A DNA stretch of 64,000 nt. Source: Candidatus Fermentithermobacillaceae bacterium. GTDB lineage: Bacteria > Bacillota > Sulfobacillia > Fermentithermobacillales > Fermentithermobacillaceae. The DNA is taken from NCBI GenBank assembly GCA_012841375.1, contig DUUV01000028.1, positions 563 through 64,562 of the forward strand, in the 5' to 3' direction. Made by a program: the position numbers and the translations under genes. This document shows, in pieces, positions 14,506-22,846 of the stretch (position 1 is the stretch's first letter; each line of letters opens with the position of its first letter). The notes beneath the pieces were generated by a model that was given only the letters and a program-made list of their open reading frames with translations, ran no database searches and was not told where the DNA came from.

Positions 14506-15528
14506 ATGCTTGGAGGGGAGACGCCCGACGTGAATCCTGACCTGAAATTCGATGTACAGGCTGATACAGAGCCCGACATGAAGCCTGATGAGAAGGCCGA
14601 TGCGCAGCCCGACGAGAAGCCGGATGTGGTCACCGGAAATGGAGAGCCGCTCGGTGCAGGAGGCTTCAGGGAGACCGCCCTCAGGGTCCTAAGGCTCATG
14701 TTTGGGGAGTCGAGGGGATCGAGATGGGCCGGCTTCTGCGTCTTGGTCTCAATACCTGTCATCCTTTACCCATATCGTGTTGGACCCAGGCTCGCGTCGA
14801 TCGCCGGGTGTGTGGCTCTGGGATGCACTGCGTTCCTTCAACTAAAGAGGCGACTGGTCTACATAGCTCTGGTCATCCTGACGCTTTTTGTCTCTATTGG
14901 TCTGAACGGCGCGCAAGTGCTACTCCGTGAGGCCACTGAGACTCCCGAAGTCGCCATACCGGTGATATCCGTTTCGGTTGTCCCGGGTGGCGATTTCTTT
15001 CATACAAGAATCACACCGGAACGTTGTATGCAGGCGGCCGTATGCTTCTATAAGGACGGTGTCGCAGTAGTTGCCGCCCACTCCTGCGAATTGTCCCCGG
15101 GAGTCTTGGATAACCACACCCTTCTCAATGACGTTCATGTCGAGGGTAGGGTCAACGTGATTGAGGACAACTCTTGGGGATTCGCGGTTAGTCCGCTCTA
15201 TCCCCCGGTTGACCGTGAAGAGATGCCTCTTGGAAATGCCCACGAAGTCGCTGTAGGTGAACCCGCTCAATGCCTGCCGCCCGACTCGGAGCCTTTTGAT
15301 GTGGAGATTGCCGGTTGGGCGATGCGGGAAGACAGGCAGTATATCGTCCTCGTCAGCCCGCGGAGGATAACCGAAGGCATGAGCGGCACGCCTGTGCTCC
15401 AGGGTGGCCGGATAATCGGTTTCCTTGCCGCCAAGTGGGCGTTTCCCAGCCGTGCCCCCTATATCGCGTATGCGTCTCCGGCGGCGGCTGTCTATGACGC
15501 GTTCCGAGATCACCTGGGGGGCCGGTAG
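14506..15528 (+). CDS. Membrane-anchored trypsin-fold serine peptidase related to the SpoIVB/S55 catalytic domain
   Basis: Hydrophobic segments around residues 75-135, VAAHS (candidate catalytic His) and GMSGTPVLQGGRIIG (compare SpoIVB GMSGSP..Q.G..IG). The true start may be GTG 14530 after GGAGGGG. Confidence 0.55.
   Translation: MLGGETPDVNPDLKFDVQADTEPDMKPDEKADAQPDEKPDVVTGNGEPLGAGGFRETALRVLRLMFGESRGSRWAGFCVLVSIPVILYPYRVGPRLASIAGCVALGCTAFLQLKRRLVYIALVILTLFVSIGLNGAQVLLREATETPEVAIPVISVSVVPGGDFFHTRITPERCMQAAVCFYKDGVAVVAAHSCELSPGVLDNHTLLNDVHVEGRVNVIEDNSWGFAVSPLYPPVDREEMPLGNAHEVAVGEPAQCLPPDSEPFDVEIAGWAMREDRQYIVLVSPRRITEGMSGTPVLQGGRIIGFLAAKWAFPSRAPYIAYASPAAAVYDAFRDHLGGR
14527..14634 (+). repeat. 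Nine 12-bp degenerate tandem units encoding D-x-x-x repeats
   Basis: DVNP DLKF DVQA DTEP DMKP DEKA DAQP DEKP DVVT. Confidence 0.75.
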
Positions 15529-15679
15529 GGTCGTCCTTCAGGTAAGATCTGCCGTCTTCCGCAGCCTTCGCTTCCTTGCCGAATGCCCTCGGCGATGCGA
15601 AGGACAAGCGATTTTCGCTGTTTTACCTGGAATTTCCCCAAGATCGGCACTGGCATACTATCTTTCGGAGGTGCCGCCG

Positions 15680-16573
15680 CTGAACTTTCTTTCGGTAGCC
15701 TCATCGAAGACGCCTGACTCAATACGCCACATGCTCGGGCGCGAGATCGAGGCATGGGCCAAGAAAGGCGTCAAGGTGTCGGTCCGGGAGTCGCTCAAAG
15801 GCGAACTCCTGGTTTTCCACTGTGAGATCCAGGGGTCCACAGACTCCGTCCGGCAGGAGGTACTTCGAGAAATCAAGGATTCGGTAGCAAACGAGTTGTC
15901 GCACATCATCATTGACGAGTACGAAGCGCTCCTCGTCAATCGCTTGGTCGACGAAAACTACGCCTATCTGTCCTCCAGAGACCGTGGCGTTATAAAACGC
16001 AAGGTTGCTGCGGCGCTCGACGGAAAATCACGACAAGGTTCCGGCTTTCGGGACGGAGCGGAGCGAAGCCGCAGAAAGAGCAGGGTATGGGCCAGGTTGG
16101 CCGAGTATCTGGAGAAGGAAAATGAGATCGTGCTGGAGGGGTTCATCACCTTCAGGCTCAAGGAGTACTTGGAGGGGCTTTTCGACACAGTGGAGGAGGT
16201 GGCCGAGGATCACCTTACTGAGCGGGAGTACCGTGAGTTCCTGCGACTCTTGAGGCATTTTATGGGGAGTCAGAGAAACAAGACCGTCGAGGTCAATGTG
16301 GTCCGGGGCCAAGACGGCTACACTCTCTACGACGACAAGATGGAGCCGGTTGAGGGGGAAGTCGGCAGGTTTCTGGCCAGGCCGCCGCAGGGCATGGACC
16401 TTGGCGTCGACGACATCATAGTAAGCGCGGTGGTGACCCTTGCTCCCGAACGGGTCATATGGCATGGGTCGAAGAATGATTCCCCCTGCTACGACTTGAT
16501 ACATGATCTGTTTGAGGATAATGTGGTGTCTTGCCCCGGTTGCCCGCTGGAGAAAACTCCCGCTCCCACTTGA
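15680..16573 (+). CDS. ytxC: Putative sporulation protein YtxC
   Basis: LEGFITFRLKEY, EREYREFLRLLRHF, DIIVSAVVTLAPERV and a C-terminal CPGC, in the conserved position upstream of thrS. GGAGGT RBS precedes an in-frame CTG at 15680. Confidence 0.8.
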   Translation: MNFLSVASSKTPDSIRHMLGREIEAWAKKGVKVSVRESLKGELLVFHCEIQGSTDSVRQEVLREIKDSVANELSHIIIDEYEALLVNRLVDENYAYLSSRDRGVIKRKVAAALDGKSRQGSGFRDGAERSRRKSRVWARLAEYLEKENEIVLEGFITFRLKEYLEGLFDTVEEVAEDHLTEREYREFLRLLRHFMGSQRNKTVEVNVVRGQDGYTLYDDKMEPVEGEVGRFLARPPQGMDLGVDDIIVSAVVTLAPERVIWHGSKNDSPCYDLIHDLFEDNVVSCPGCPLEKTPAPT

Positions 16574-16619
16574 TCCCGGACTCGGCGGGGGGGTATAATC
16601 CTCAAAACTCATAGTTCAG

Positions 16620-16927
16620 GCTGTGAAGAGGAACGTACCGCGGGTCCGCTGGCAAGAGAGGGATGGCCGAAGGCTGAGAGCCGCCCCGGCGAACGCGGGA
16701 AACACCACCTCGGAGCCTCCGGAGGATCCCGGTTCACTGATGTTGGAGGCCTCAAGGCCGTGAAATCATCGAGGGAGCCCGGGTAACTCCGGCGAAAACC
16801 AAGGCGCGATAAAGCCTGGAAAGAGCCGCCCGCTCACAGGTCTTTGCCGGGTAGCGGACAGAAGAGCGGCTGAACAAGGGTGGAACCGCGGAACCCCGCC
16901 CCTTTACGGGACGGGGTTTTTGATTTG
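16620..16927 (+). promoter_or_regulatory. T-box riboswitch (Thr)
   Basis: AGAGA and GCTGAG stem I boxes, specifier ACC at 16704-16706, T-box GGTGGAACCGCG at 16879, then a terminator hairpin with T-tract. Confidence 0.92.
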
Positions 16928-16984
16928 GGTTCACGGCACACGTAGGTCAGAGTTCGGACGGAAGAGATAGAGGAGGAGATATTA

Positions 16985-18931
16985 GTGGCGGAAGAAAGGC
17001 ACGAGGTGAAGTGGGAAGATAAGTCCTGCTCCTTGGAAGGCGGCAGCACCTTCCTGGACGTCAAGAAGGCCTTCGGCTGGAAGAACGACGTCCTGATGGT
17101 GGGAGAAGGTGACGACGCCAGAGAGCTCAGGGCCAGAGTGACCGGCAGTTGCACGGTCGTGCCGCTCACATTTGACGACGAGCGGGCCAGATGGGCGCTC
17201 CGCCACACCGCGGCGCACATCCTCGCTCAGGCCGTCAAGCGGCTGCGTCCAGACGCGAAACTGGCCATCGGGCCCGCCATAGAAGACGGGTTCTACTACG
17301 ACTTTGACGTGAAGACCCCCTTCACGCCCGAGGACCTGGAGAAGATCGAGGCGGAGATGAAGAAGATAGTCTCTGAGAACTCGCCTGTCGTAAGAGAGGA
17401 GGTCGACAGGGAGAAGGCCAGGGAGCTTTTCCGGGAGCAGGGCGAGCTCTACAAGGTGGAACTCGTAGAAGAACTGCCCGAAGGCGAACCCATCTCCCTC
17501 TACCGCCAAGGCGAGTTCGTGGACCTCTGCGCCGGGCCTCACGTGGCCTCAACGGGCATGGTGAAAGCGTTCAAGCTCCTCAGTGTTGCCGGCGCTTATT
17601 GGCGTGGGGACGAGAGACTGCCCATGCTCCAGAGGATTTACGGAACGGCCTTTATGAAGGCGGAGGACCTTCAGGCCCACCTGGACCGGCTTGAGGAGAT
17701 CAAGAAGCGCGACCACAGGAGGCTGGCCAAAGACCTGGACCTTTTCAGCATCCAGGAGGAGGGAGGCCCAGGGCTTGTATACTGGCACGCCAAGGGAGCG
17801 CTGATCCGCGAGCTCATCGAGGACTTCTGGAGGGAGGAACACAGAAAACGCGGGTACGACATCGTGTACTCTCCGCACATAGCCAAACTGGATCTTTGGA
17901 AAACGTCGGGACACTGGAACTGGTACAAGGAGAGCATGTACTCGCCCATGGCGGTTGAGGAAGTGGAGTACCTGCTCAAGCCCATGAACTGTCCGTTCCA
18001 CATCTTGATGTTTAAGAATGCGACCCGAAGTTACCGCGATCTGCCCATTAGAATGGGCGAACTGGGCACGGTCTACCGTTTTGAGCGCTCGGGAGTACTG
18101 CACGGCGCCCTTCGGGTCCGCGGGTTCACGCAGGACGACGCCCACCTGTTTTGCACGCCCGAACAGCTGGAAGAAGAGATCATCGGCGTGCTCGAGCTTA
18201 CCCAGTACATGCTCAAAGTGTTTGGGTACAGCGAGTACTACTGTATGCTCTCCGTCCGCGATCCGGAAGACAAGGGCAAGTACGCCGGAGATGACGACAT
18301 CTGGGAGATGGGGGAAGCTGCCCTGGCGTCGGCGCTCAAGCGGAAGAATCTCGAGTACAAGATCGACCCGGGTGAGGCCAAGTTCTATGGTCCTGCGATC
18401 GACATCAAGATCAAGGACGCCCTGGGCAGGCTCTGGCAAGGACCTACCATCCAGGCTGACTTCAACCTTCCAGAGCGGTTCGATATCAGCTATATCGGCG
18501 AGGACGGGGCAAAGCACCGCCCGGTCATGATCCACAGGACGGTGCTGGGCAGCATGGAGAGGTTCGTGGCGGGTCTCGTGGAGCACTATGCGGGAGCGTT
18601 CCCGCTCTGGCTGTCTCCTACCCAGGTCCAGGTGATCCCCGTCTCAGAGAAGCAGGCTGACTATGCCACGAAGGTCTCGGAGCGGCTTAAGGAAAAGGGG
18701 TTCAGAGTAGTCTCAGACTTGGGGTCTGAGAAGATGGGGTACAAGATAAGGCAGGCCCAGATGCAAAAGGTACCTTACATGCTTGTGGTGGGCGGCAGAG
18801 AAGCCGAGAACGGCACGGTCTCGGTGCGCCACCGTGCCCTGGGAGACCTAGGTTCGTTTGCCTTGGACGAGTTCATGGACAAAGCGGCCCACGAGGCGAG
18901 CACCAAGGCCCTTGAGCCGGCCATGAAGTGA
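16985..18931 (+). CDS. thrS: Threonine--tRNA ligase
   Basis: RHTAAH, DLCAGPH, MLQRIYGTAF, KRDHR, KPMNCP, RVRGFTQDDAH and a C-terminal anticodon-binding domain. Confidence 0.98.
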   Translation: MAEERHEVKWEDKSCSLEGGSTFLDVKKAFGWKNDVLMVGEGDDARELRARVTGSCTVVPLTFDDERARWALRHTAAHILAQAVKRLRPDAKLAIGPAIEDGFYYDFDVKTPFTPEDLEKIEAEMKKIVSENSPVVREEVDREKARELFREQGELYKVELVEELPEGEPISLYRQGEFVDLCAGPHVASTGMVKAFKLLSVAGAYWRGDERLPMLQRIYGTAFMKAEDLQAHLDRLEEIKKRDHRRLAKDLDLFSIQEEGGPGLVYWHAKGALIRELIEDFWREEHRKRGYDIVYSPHIAKLDLWKTSGHWNWYKESMYSPMAVEEVEYLLKPMNCPFHILMFKNATRSYRDLPIRMGELGTVYRFERSGVLHGALRVRGFTQDDAHLFCTPEQLEEEIIGVLELTQYMLKVFGYSEYYCMLSVRDPEDKGKYAGDDDIWEMGEAALASALKRKNLEYKIDPGEAKFYGPAIDIKIKDALGRLWQGPTIQADFNLPERFDISYIGEDGAKHRPVMIHRTVLGSMERFVAGLVEHYAGAFPLWLSPTQVQVIPVSEKQADYATKVSERLKEKGFRVVSDLGSEKMGYKIRQAQMQKVPYMLVVGGREAENGTVSVRHRALGDLGSFALDEFMDKAAHEASTKALEPAMK

Positions 18932-18979
18932 CGGCAGGCGCAAGGTAGAGCGGGGTCGTCTCCAAGCCCCGATTACGTT

Positions 18980-19008
18980 TTGACATTGAGCTCTATCCCA
19001 TATAGTAT
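18980..19008 (+). promoter_or_regulatory. sigma-A promoter of infC-rpmI-rplT
   Basis: TTGACA-17 bp-TAGTAT. Confidence 0.7.
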
Positions 19009-19038
19009 GTATGAGTGCGCAGACGAACTGCGCCTACA

Positions 19039-19165
19039 ACGAAGTAGAAGCCATCCGCTTCTCACCTTACGGCTCGCGGAGCCGGCAAGGTTCACAGATA
19101 GAGGTTCGTCGCTTCTTTGGCGACAGGTGACTTCTGTGGGCGGGTGGTTCACCCGCCCATCTTGA
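19039..19165 (+). ncRNA. L20 leader (infC leader RNA)
   Basis: GAAGTAGAAGCCATCCGCTTCTCACC...GGTGACTTC followed by a GGGCGGGT/ACCCGCCC hairpin, directly upstream of infC. Confidence 0.8.
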
Positions 19166-19195
19166 TTAGAAAGGGCAGAAGGGAGGCTGAAAAGT

Positions 19196-19756
19196 ATTAG
19201 TCAGGACCAAAGGGTCAACGAACAGATCCGAGTCAGAGAGGTAAGGCTGGTTTCGCAGGACGGCGAGCAGTTGGGCATCGTGCCCACTCACGAAGCGCTG
19301 AGGATCGCTCGCGACAGAGGCCTCGATCTAGTCGAGGTTGCCGCGCAGGCCAGGCCGCCGGTTTGCCGCATTATGGACTACTCCAGGTGGAAGTACGAGC
19401 AGGCCAAGCGCGCCAAGGAGGCCAGGCGAAAGCAGAAGACCCAGGACGTAAAAGAAGTCAAGATGAGGCCGACCATTGACCAGCACGATTTCGATGTGCG
19501 CGCGCGGTCGGCGGAGAAGTTTCTACGTGAAGGCGACAAGGTAAAGGCGACCATCATGTTCCGGGGCAGGGAAATGGCTCATCTCAAGAACGGCCAGAGG
19601 GTTCTCGAGAGGCTTCTGGAGCGGGTAAAAGACATCTGTGTGGTGGAGAGAGCGCCGAAAATCGAAGGACGCAACATGACCATGATGCTTTCACCCAGGC
19701 CCCAGACGGCTACCTCGACTCCTAAGCCGCCGGCCGAGACTCGGGAACAAGCATGA
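19196..19756 (+). CDS. infC: Translation initiation factor IF-3 (ATT start)
   Basis: GGGAGG RBS then ATT AGT CAG GAC, in frame with track ORF 19271. Motifs VNEQIR, DLVEVA, PPVCRIMDY, KEVKMRP and MFRGRE. Confidence 0.96.
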   Translation: MSQDQRVNEQIRVREVRLVSQDGEQLGIVPTHEALRIARDRGLDLVEVAAQARPPVCRIMDYSRWKYEQAKRAKEARRKQKTQDVKEVKMRPTIDQHDFDVRARSAEKFLREGDKVKATIMFRGREMAHLKNGQRVLERLLERVKDICVVERAPKIEGRNMTMMLSPRPQTATSTPKPPAETREQA

Positions 19757-19780
19757 GGCGTCAGAGGGAGATGTTCCATA

Positions 19781-19984
19781 GTGGCTAAGAACAAGATGAA
19801 GACCCACAGCGGGGCTAAGAAGCGCTTTTTCGTGACCGGAACCGGCAAGATACGGCACTACCATTCGGGCCACAGCCACAGGCTAGAGGGCAAGGACGCC
19901 GCAAGGAGGCGGCGCCTGAAGAAGGATTCAGGCATCACAAAGGTGCACGAAAAGAGAATCCGGACCCTTATTCCCTATAAGTAA
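19781..19984 (+). CDS. rpmI: 50S ribosomal protein L35
   Basis: KMKTHSGAKKRF, located between infC and rplT. Confidence 0.97.
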   Translation: MAKNKMKTHSGAKKRFFVTGTGKIRHYHSGHSHRLEGKDAARRRRLKKDSGITKVHEKRIRTLIPYK

Positions 19985-20027
19985 GGGACGAAGATTCATC
20001 AAGCGCTTGAGAAAGAGGGTAACGTAG

Positions 20028-20387
20028 ATGCCTCGCGTCAAGACAGGCACAATCAACAAGCAGAGACACAAGAAGATCCTGAAGCTTGCCAAAGGGTATT
20101 GGGGCAAGCGCTCCAAATCGTTCCGGATGGCCAATGAGACGGTCATGAAGGCTCTCCACTACGCCCGGAGGCACAGGCGGGAGAAGAAGAGAGAGTTTAG
20201 GAGCCTATGGATCGCCCGCATCAACGCCGCGGCAAGGCTGAGCGGCATGAACTACAGCACGCTGGTGAGCGGACTCAAGAACGCCGGAGTGCAGATCAAC
20301 AGGCAGATGCTGGCCGACCTAGCCGTCACCGATGAGAAGGCTTTCCGCGACCTGGTTCAAGTAGCCAAAGAAAAGGTTGCCAAGTAG
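20028..20387 (+). CDS. rplT: 50S ribosomal protein L20
   Basis: MPRVK...LAKGYWG...[11 protein letters not shown]. Confidence 0.98.
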   Translation: MPRVKTGTINKQRHKKILKLAKGYWGKRSKSFRMANETVMKALHYARRHRREKKREFRSLWIARINAAARLSGMNYSTLVSGLKNAGVQINRQMLADLAVTDEKAFRDLVQVAKEKVAK

Positions 20388-20399
20388 GTTTCGCGCCTT

Positions 20400-21212
20400 A
20401 TGTCACGTGAAGTGCCCTGGAGGTTCATAAAGAGCCTCGCGGGAAAGAAGGAGCGAGAGAAGACCCGCATGACGGTAGCCGAAGGACCGCCTTCGGTGAC
20501 GGCTGCGCTGGAATCAGGTGTTCAGATCGAACACCTGGTTATGTCGCAGTCCTTTGTCCGTTCCCCGAAGGGGGAGTCGGTGACTCGTCTCCTTGAAAAG
20601 GGTCCGGCACCTAGGGAAGTGTTCACGGTGCCGGATGACTTGTTTGAGCGGATGTCAGAGACCAAGACACCCAGCGGGGTACTGTGTGTCTTGGGCGTCC
20701 CCTTTCGGTTTCCAAGAGGTTTGCCCGGGAGCCCGTGGAAAGAAACGCTTCAGGTCGTGGGTGTAGACATCCAAGATCCGGGAAACGTAGGTACGCTGGT
20801 GAGAGCAGCCTCGGCAGTTGGGGCCTCTTTAGCGGTTTTTCTCGGCGCCAGCGCAGACCCTTTTTCCCCCAAGTGTATCCGGTCTTCGGCAGGGACCGTG
20901 TTCCGGGTGGCTGTCCAGTGCTTGGAGCAAGATGTGGCCCCGTCAGACTATCTTTCTCAGACTGCGTCGGCAGGGACCGCGGTTTTCAAGGCGGTCACTT
21001 GTGGGGGCATCCGGCCTTGGGATGCCGATTTCACCGGGCCTACGTGCATAGTAGTGGGCAACGAAGCGAAGGGACTCGGCCAAGATGTCCTCTCCGCGCC
21101 CGGCCAGAGCATCTCGATTCCGATGCCCGGCGGGACCGAGTCGCTGAACGTGGCCGTCGCTTCCGGAATGGTCCTCTATGAGGCGCTCCGGCAGAGAATG
21201 GGACATTCCTAG
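20400..21212 (+). CDS. TrmH/SpoU-family RNA methyltransferase
   Basis: IQDPGNVGTLVR, VVGNEAKG, SIPMPGGTESLNVA. Confidence 0.93.
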   Translation: MSREVPWRFIKSLAGKKEREKTRMTVAEGPPSVTAALESGVQIEHLVMSQSFVRSPKGESVTRLLEKGPAPREVFTVPDDLFERMSETKTPSGVLCVLGVPFRFPRGLPGSPWKETLQVVGVDIQDPGNVGTLVRAASAVGASLAVFLGASADPFSPKCIRSSAGTVFRVAVQCLEQDVAPSDYLSQTASAGTAVFKAVTCGGIRPWDADFTGPTCIVVGNEAKGLGQDVLSAPGQSISIPMPGGTESLNVAVASGMVLYEALRQRMGHS

Positions 21213-21215
21213 ATT

Positions 21216-21243
21216 TTGTCGCCAAGAAAGCGCGTGCTATAAT
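21216..21243 (+). promoter_or_regulatory. sigma-A promoter (extended -10)
   Basis: TTGTCG-16 bp-TATAAT with TG at -15/-14. Confidence 0.6.
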
Positions 21244-21274
21244 ACCTGAAAGGAAACCGGAAGCGGGGGTAGCC

Positions 21275-21394
21275 ATGCGACTTTCACAAGCGTTCTGGTC
21301 TTGTTTTGAGAGAACCGGATCTGTGGTTGCGTACCTGCTTTACTGCTATTATCTTAAGGTTGAGGAGACGGGAGTAAACCAAGAGGTCCAGTAA
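21275..21394 (+). CDS. YqzL-like small protein (39 aa), below the ORF-track cutoff
   Basis: GGGGGT RBS. MRLSQAFWSCFERTGSVVAYLLYCYYLKVEETGVNQEVQ* fits the FW..F..TG...AYLLY pattern. Followed by hairpin CCCCGGT/ACCGGGG. Confidence 0.7.
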   Translation: MRLSQAFWSCFERTGSVVAYLLYCYYLKVEETGVNQEVQ

Positions 21395-21449
21395 CTACCC
21401 CGGTGACTACCGGGGAGAACTCACCCGTTTCATACAGTCAGCCATACAA

Positions 21450-21682
21450 GGCAATGATGGAGAACGTGGGCGGAAGGTAGCGCACAGAGAGGGGAACGGC
21501 TCGCTGAGAGTTCCTCCGCGAAACCGCCGGAATTCGCTCCGGAGCCTCCGGACTGATTTTGAGGTAGGTCCGGCGTAACTCCTGCGATAGGGGAGCTCAG
21601 AGGGGGCCGGCAAGACCGGTCAAGCCTGGTGGTACCGCGGGAGCGAGAGCTTTCGTCCATTGGACGAAGGCTTTTTTGTTTG
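21450..21682 (+). promoter_or_regulatory. T-box riboswitch (Phe)
   Basis: AGAGA and GCTGAG boxes, specifier TTC at 21533-21535, T-box GGTGGTACCGCG at 21628, terminator AGCTTTCGTCC/GGACGAAGGCT plus T-tract. Confidence 0.92.
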
Positions 21683-21797
21683 CTCGACGGAAGTCCGATG
21701 AGGGCCGTTTCAGGGCCCTTTGGACTATCTGGGAGATATCAGCATAGCCCATGCGAAAGGGGGAAGAAGGGGAAAGGCCGTCATCCCCAGCGAGACG

Positions 21798-22832
21798 ATG
21801 AGAGATCAAATAGACGACCTACAGAGGCGGGTGTCGAAGGAGATCGAGGAAGCCGGAACCCTCGCCGAACTGGATGAAGTGCGCATCAAGTACCTGGGTA
21901 AGAAGGGAGAGTTGACGAATCTCCTCAAAGCCGTGGGCTCTCTTCCCAAGGAGGAGAGACCTGAGTTCGGGGCCAAGGTAAACTCACTGCGCGAAGCCAT
22001 AGAGACCGGCCTGAGAGAGAAGAGCGGGTACTTGGATAGAAAGGCCCTTGACGAGAAGGTCAGGCGGGAAGTCGCGGATGTTACGCTTCCGGGCAACTTG
22101 CCCGAGATAGGCAGCTTGCATCCCATCACCAAAGCCCTCCGCGAGATAGTACAGATCTTCTACGGTATGGGTTTCACCGTCTACGAGAGCCGGGAAGCCG
22201 AAACCGACGAGATGAACTTCGTGAAGCTGAACCTAGCGCCTGGACACCCTGCGAGAGACGCGCAAGATACCCTCTATCTAACAGATACAACGCTTCTCAG
22301 GACTCACACATCTCCGGGGCAGATTCGAGGGATGCTCGAGATGGAAGGGAGGCTGCCGGTCAGGTTCATAGTGCCCGGCAGGGTCTACCGCCGCGACCCC
22401 TTCGACGCCTCTCACAGTCCCGTATTCCACCAGGTGGAAGGCCTGGTCATCGACCGTCACATCACCTTTGAGGATCTGAAAGGGTGCTTCCTGGAATTCG
22501 CCAGAGGTTTCTTCGGCCCGGATACCCAGATAAGGCTCAGGCCAAGCTACTTCCCCTTTACCGAACCTTCGGCCGAAATCGACGTGTCGTGCACCATCTG
22601 CAGGGGACGGGGATGTCAGGTTTGCAGCCGTACCGGGTGGCTGGAGCTCTCGGGTGCGGGAATGGTCCACCCGAGGGTGATACGCAACGGGGGATATGAC
22701 CCCGAGGAAGTCACAGGTTTCGCTTTTGGCTTTGGACTTGACAGGGCAGCGATGCTCAAGTGGGGCATAGATGACCTGCGGGTATTGTTTGAAAACGACC
22801 TCAGGTTCTTGACCCAGTTCGAAGGGCTGTAA
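21798..22832 (+). CDS. pheS: Phenylalanine--tRNA ligase alpha subunit (start uncertain; frame open from 21720)
   Basis: HPARDAQDT, LLRTHTSP, HSPVFHQVEG, RPSYFPFTEPS, GFAFGFGLDR. Confidence 0.97.
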   Translation: MRDQIDDLQRRVSKEIEEAGTLAELDEVRIKYLGKKGELTNLLKAVGSLPKEERPEFGAKVNSLREAIETGLREKSGYLDRKALDEKVRREVADVTLPGNLPEIGSLHPITKALREIVQIFYGMGFTVYESREAETDEMNFVKLNLAPGHPARDAQDTLYLTDTTLLRTHTSPGQIRGMLEMEGRLPVRFIVPGRVYRRDPFDASHSPVFHQVEGLVIDRHITFEDLKGCFLEFARGFFGPDTQIRLRPSYFPFTEPSAEIDVSCTICRGRGCQVCSRTGWLELSGAGMVHPRVIRNGGYDPEEVTGFAFGFGLDRAAMLKWGIDDLRVLFENDLRFLTQFEGL

Positions 22833-22846
22833 GGGGGGCGTGAACG

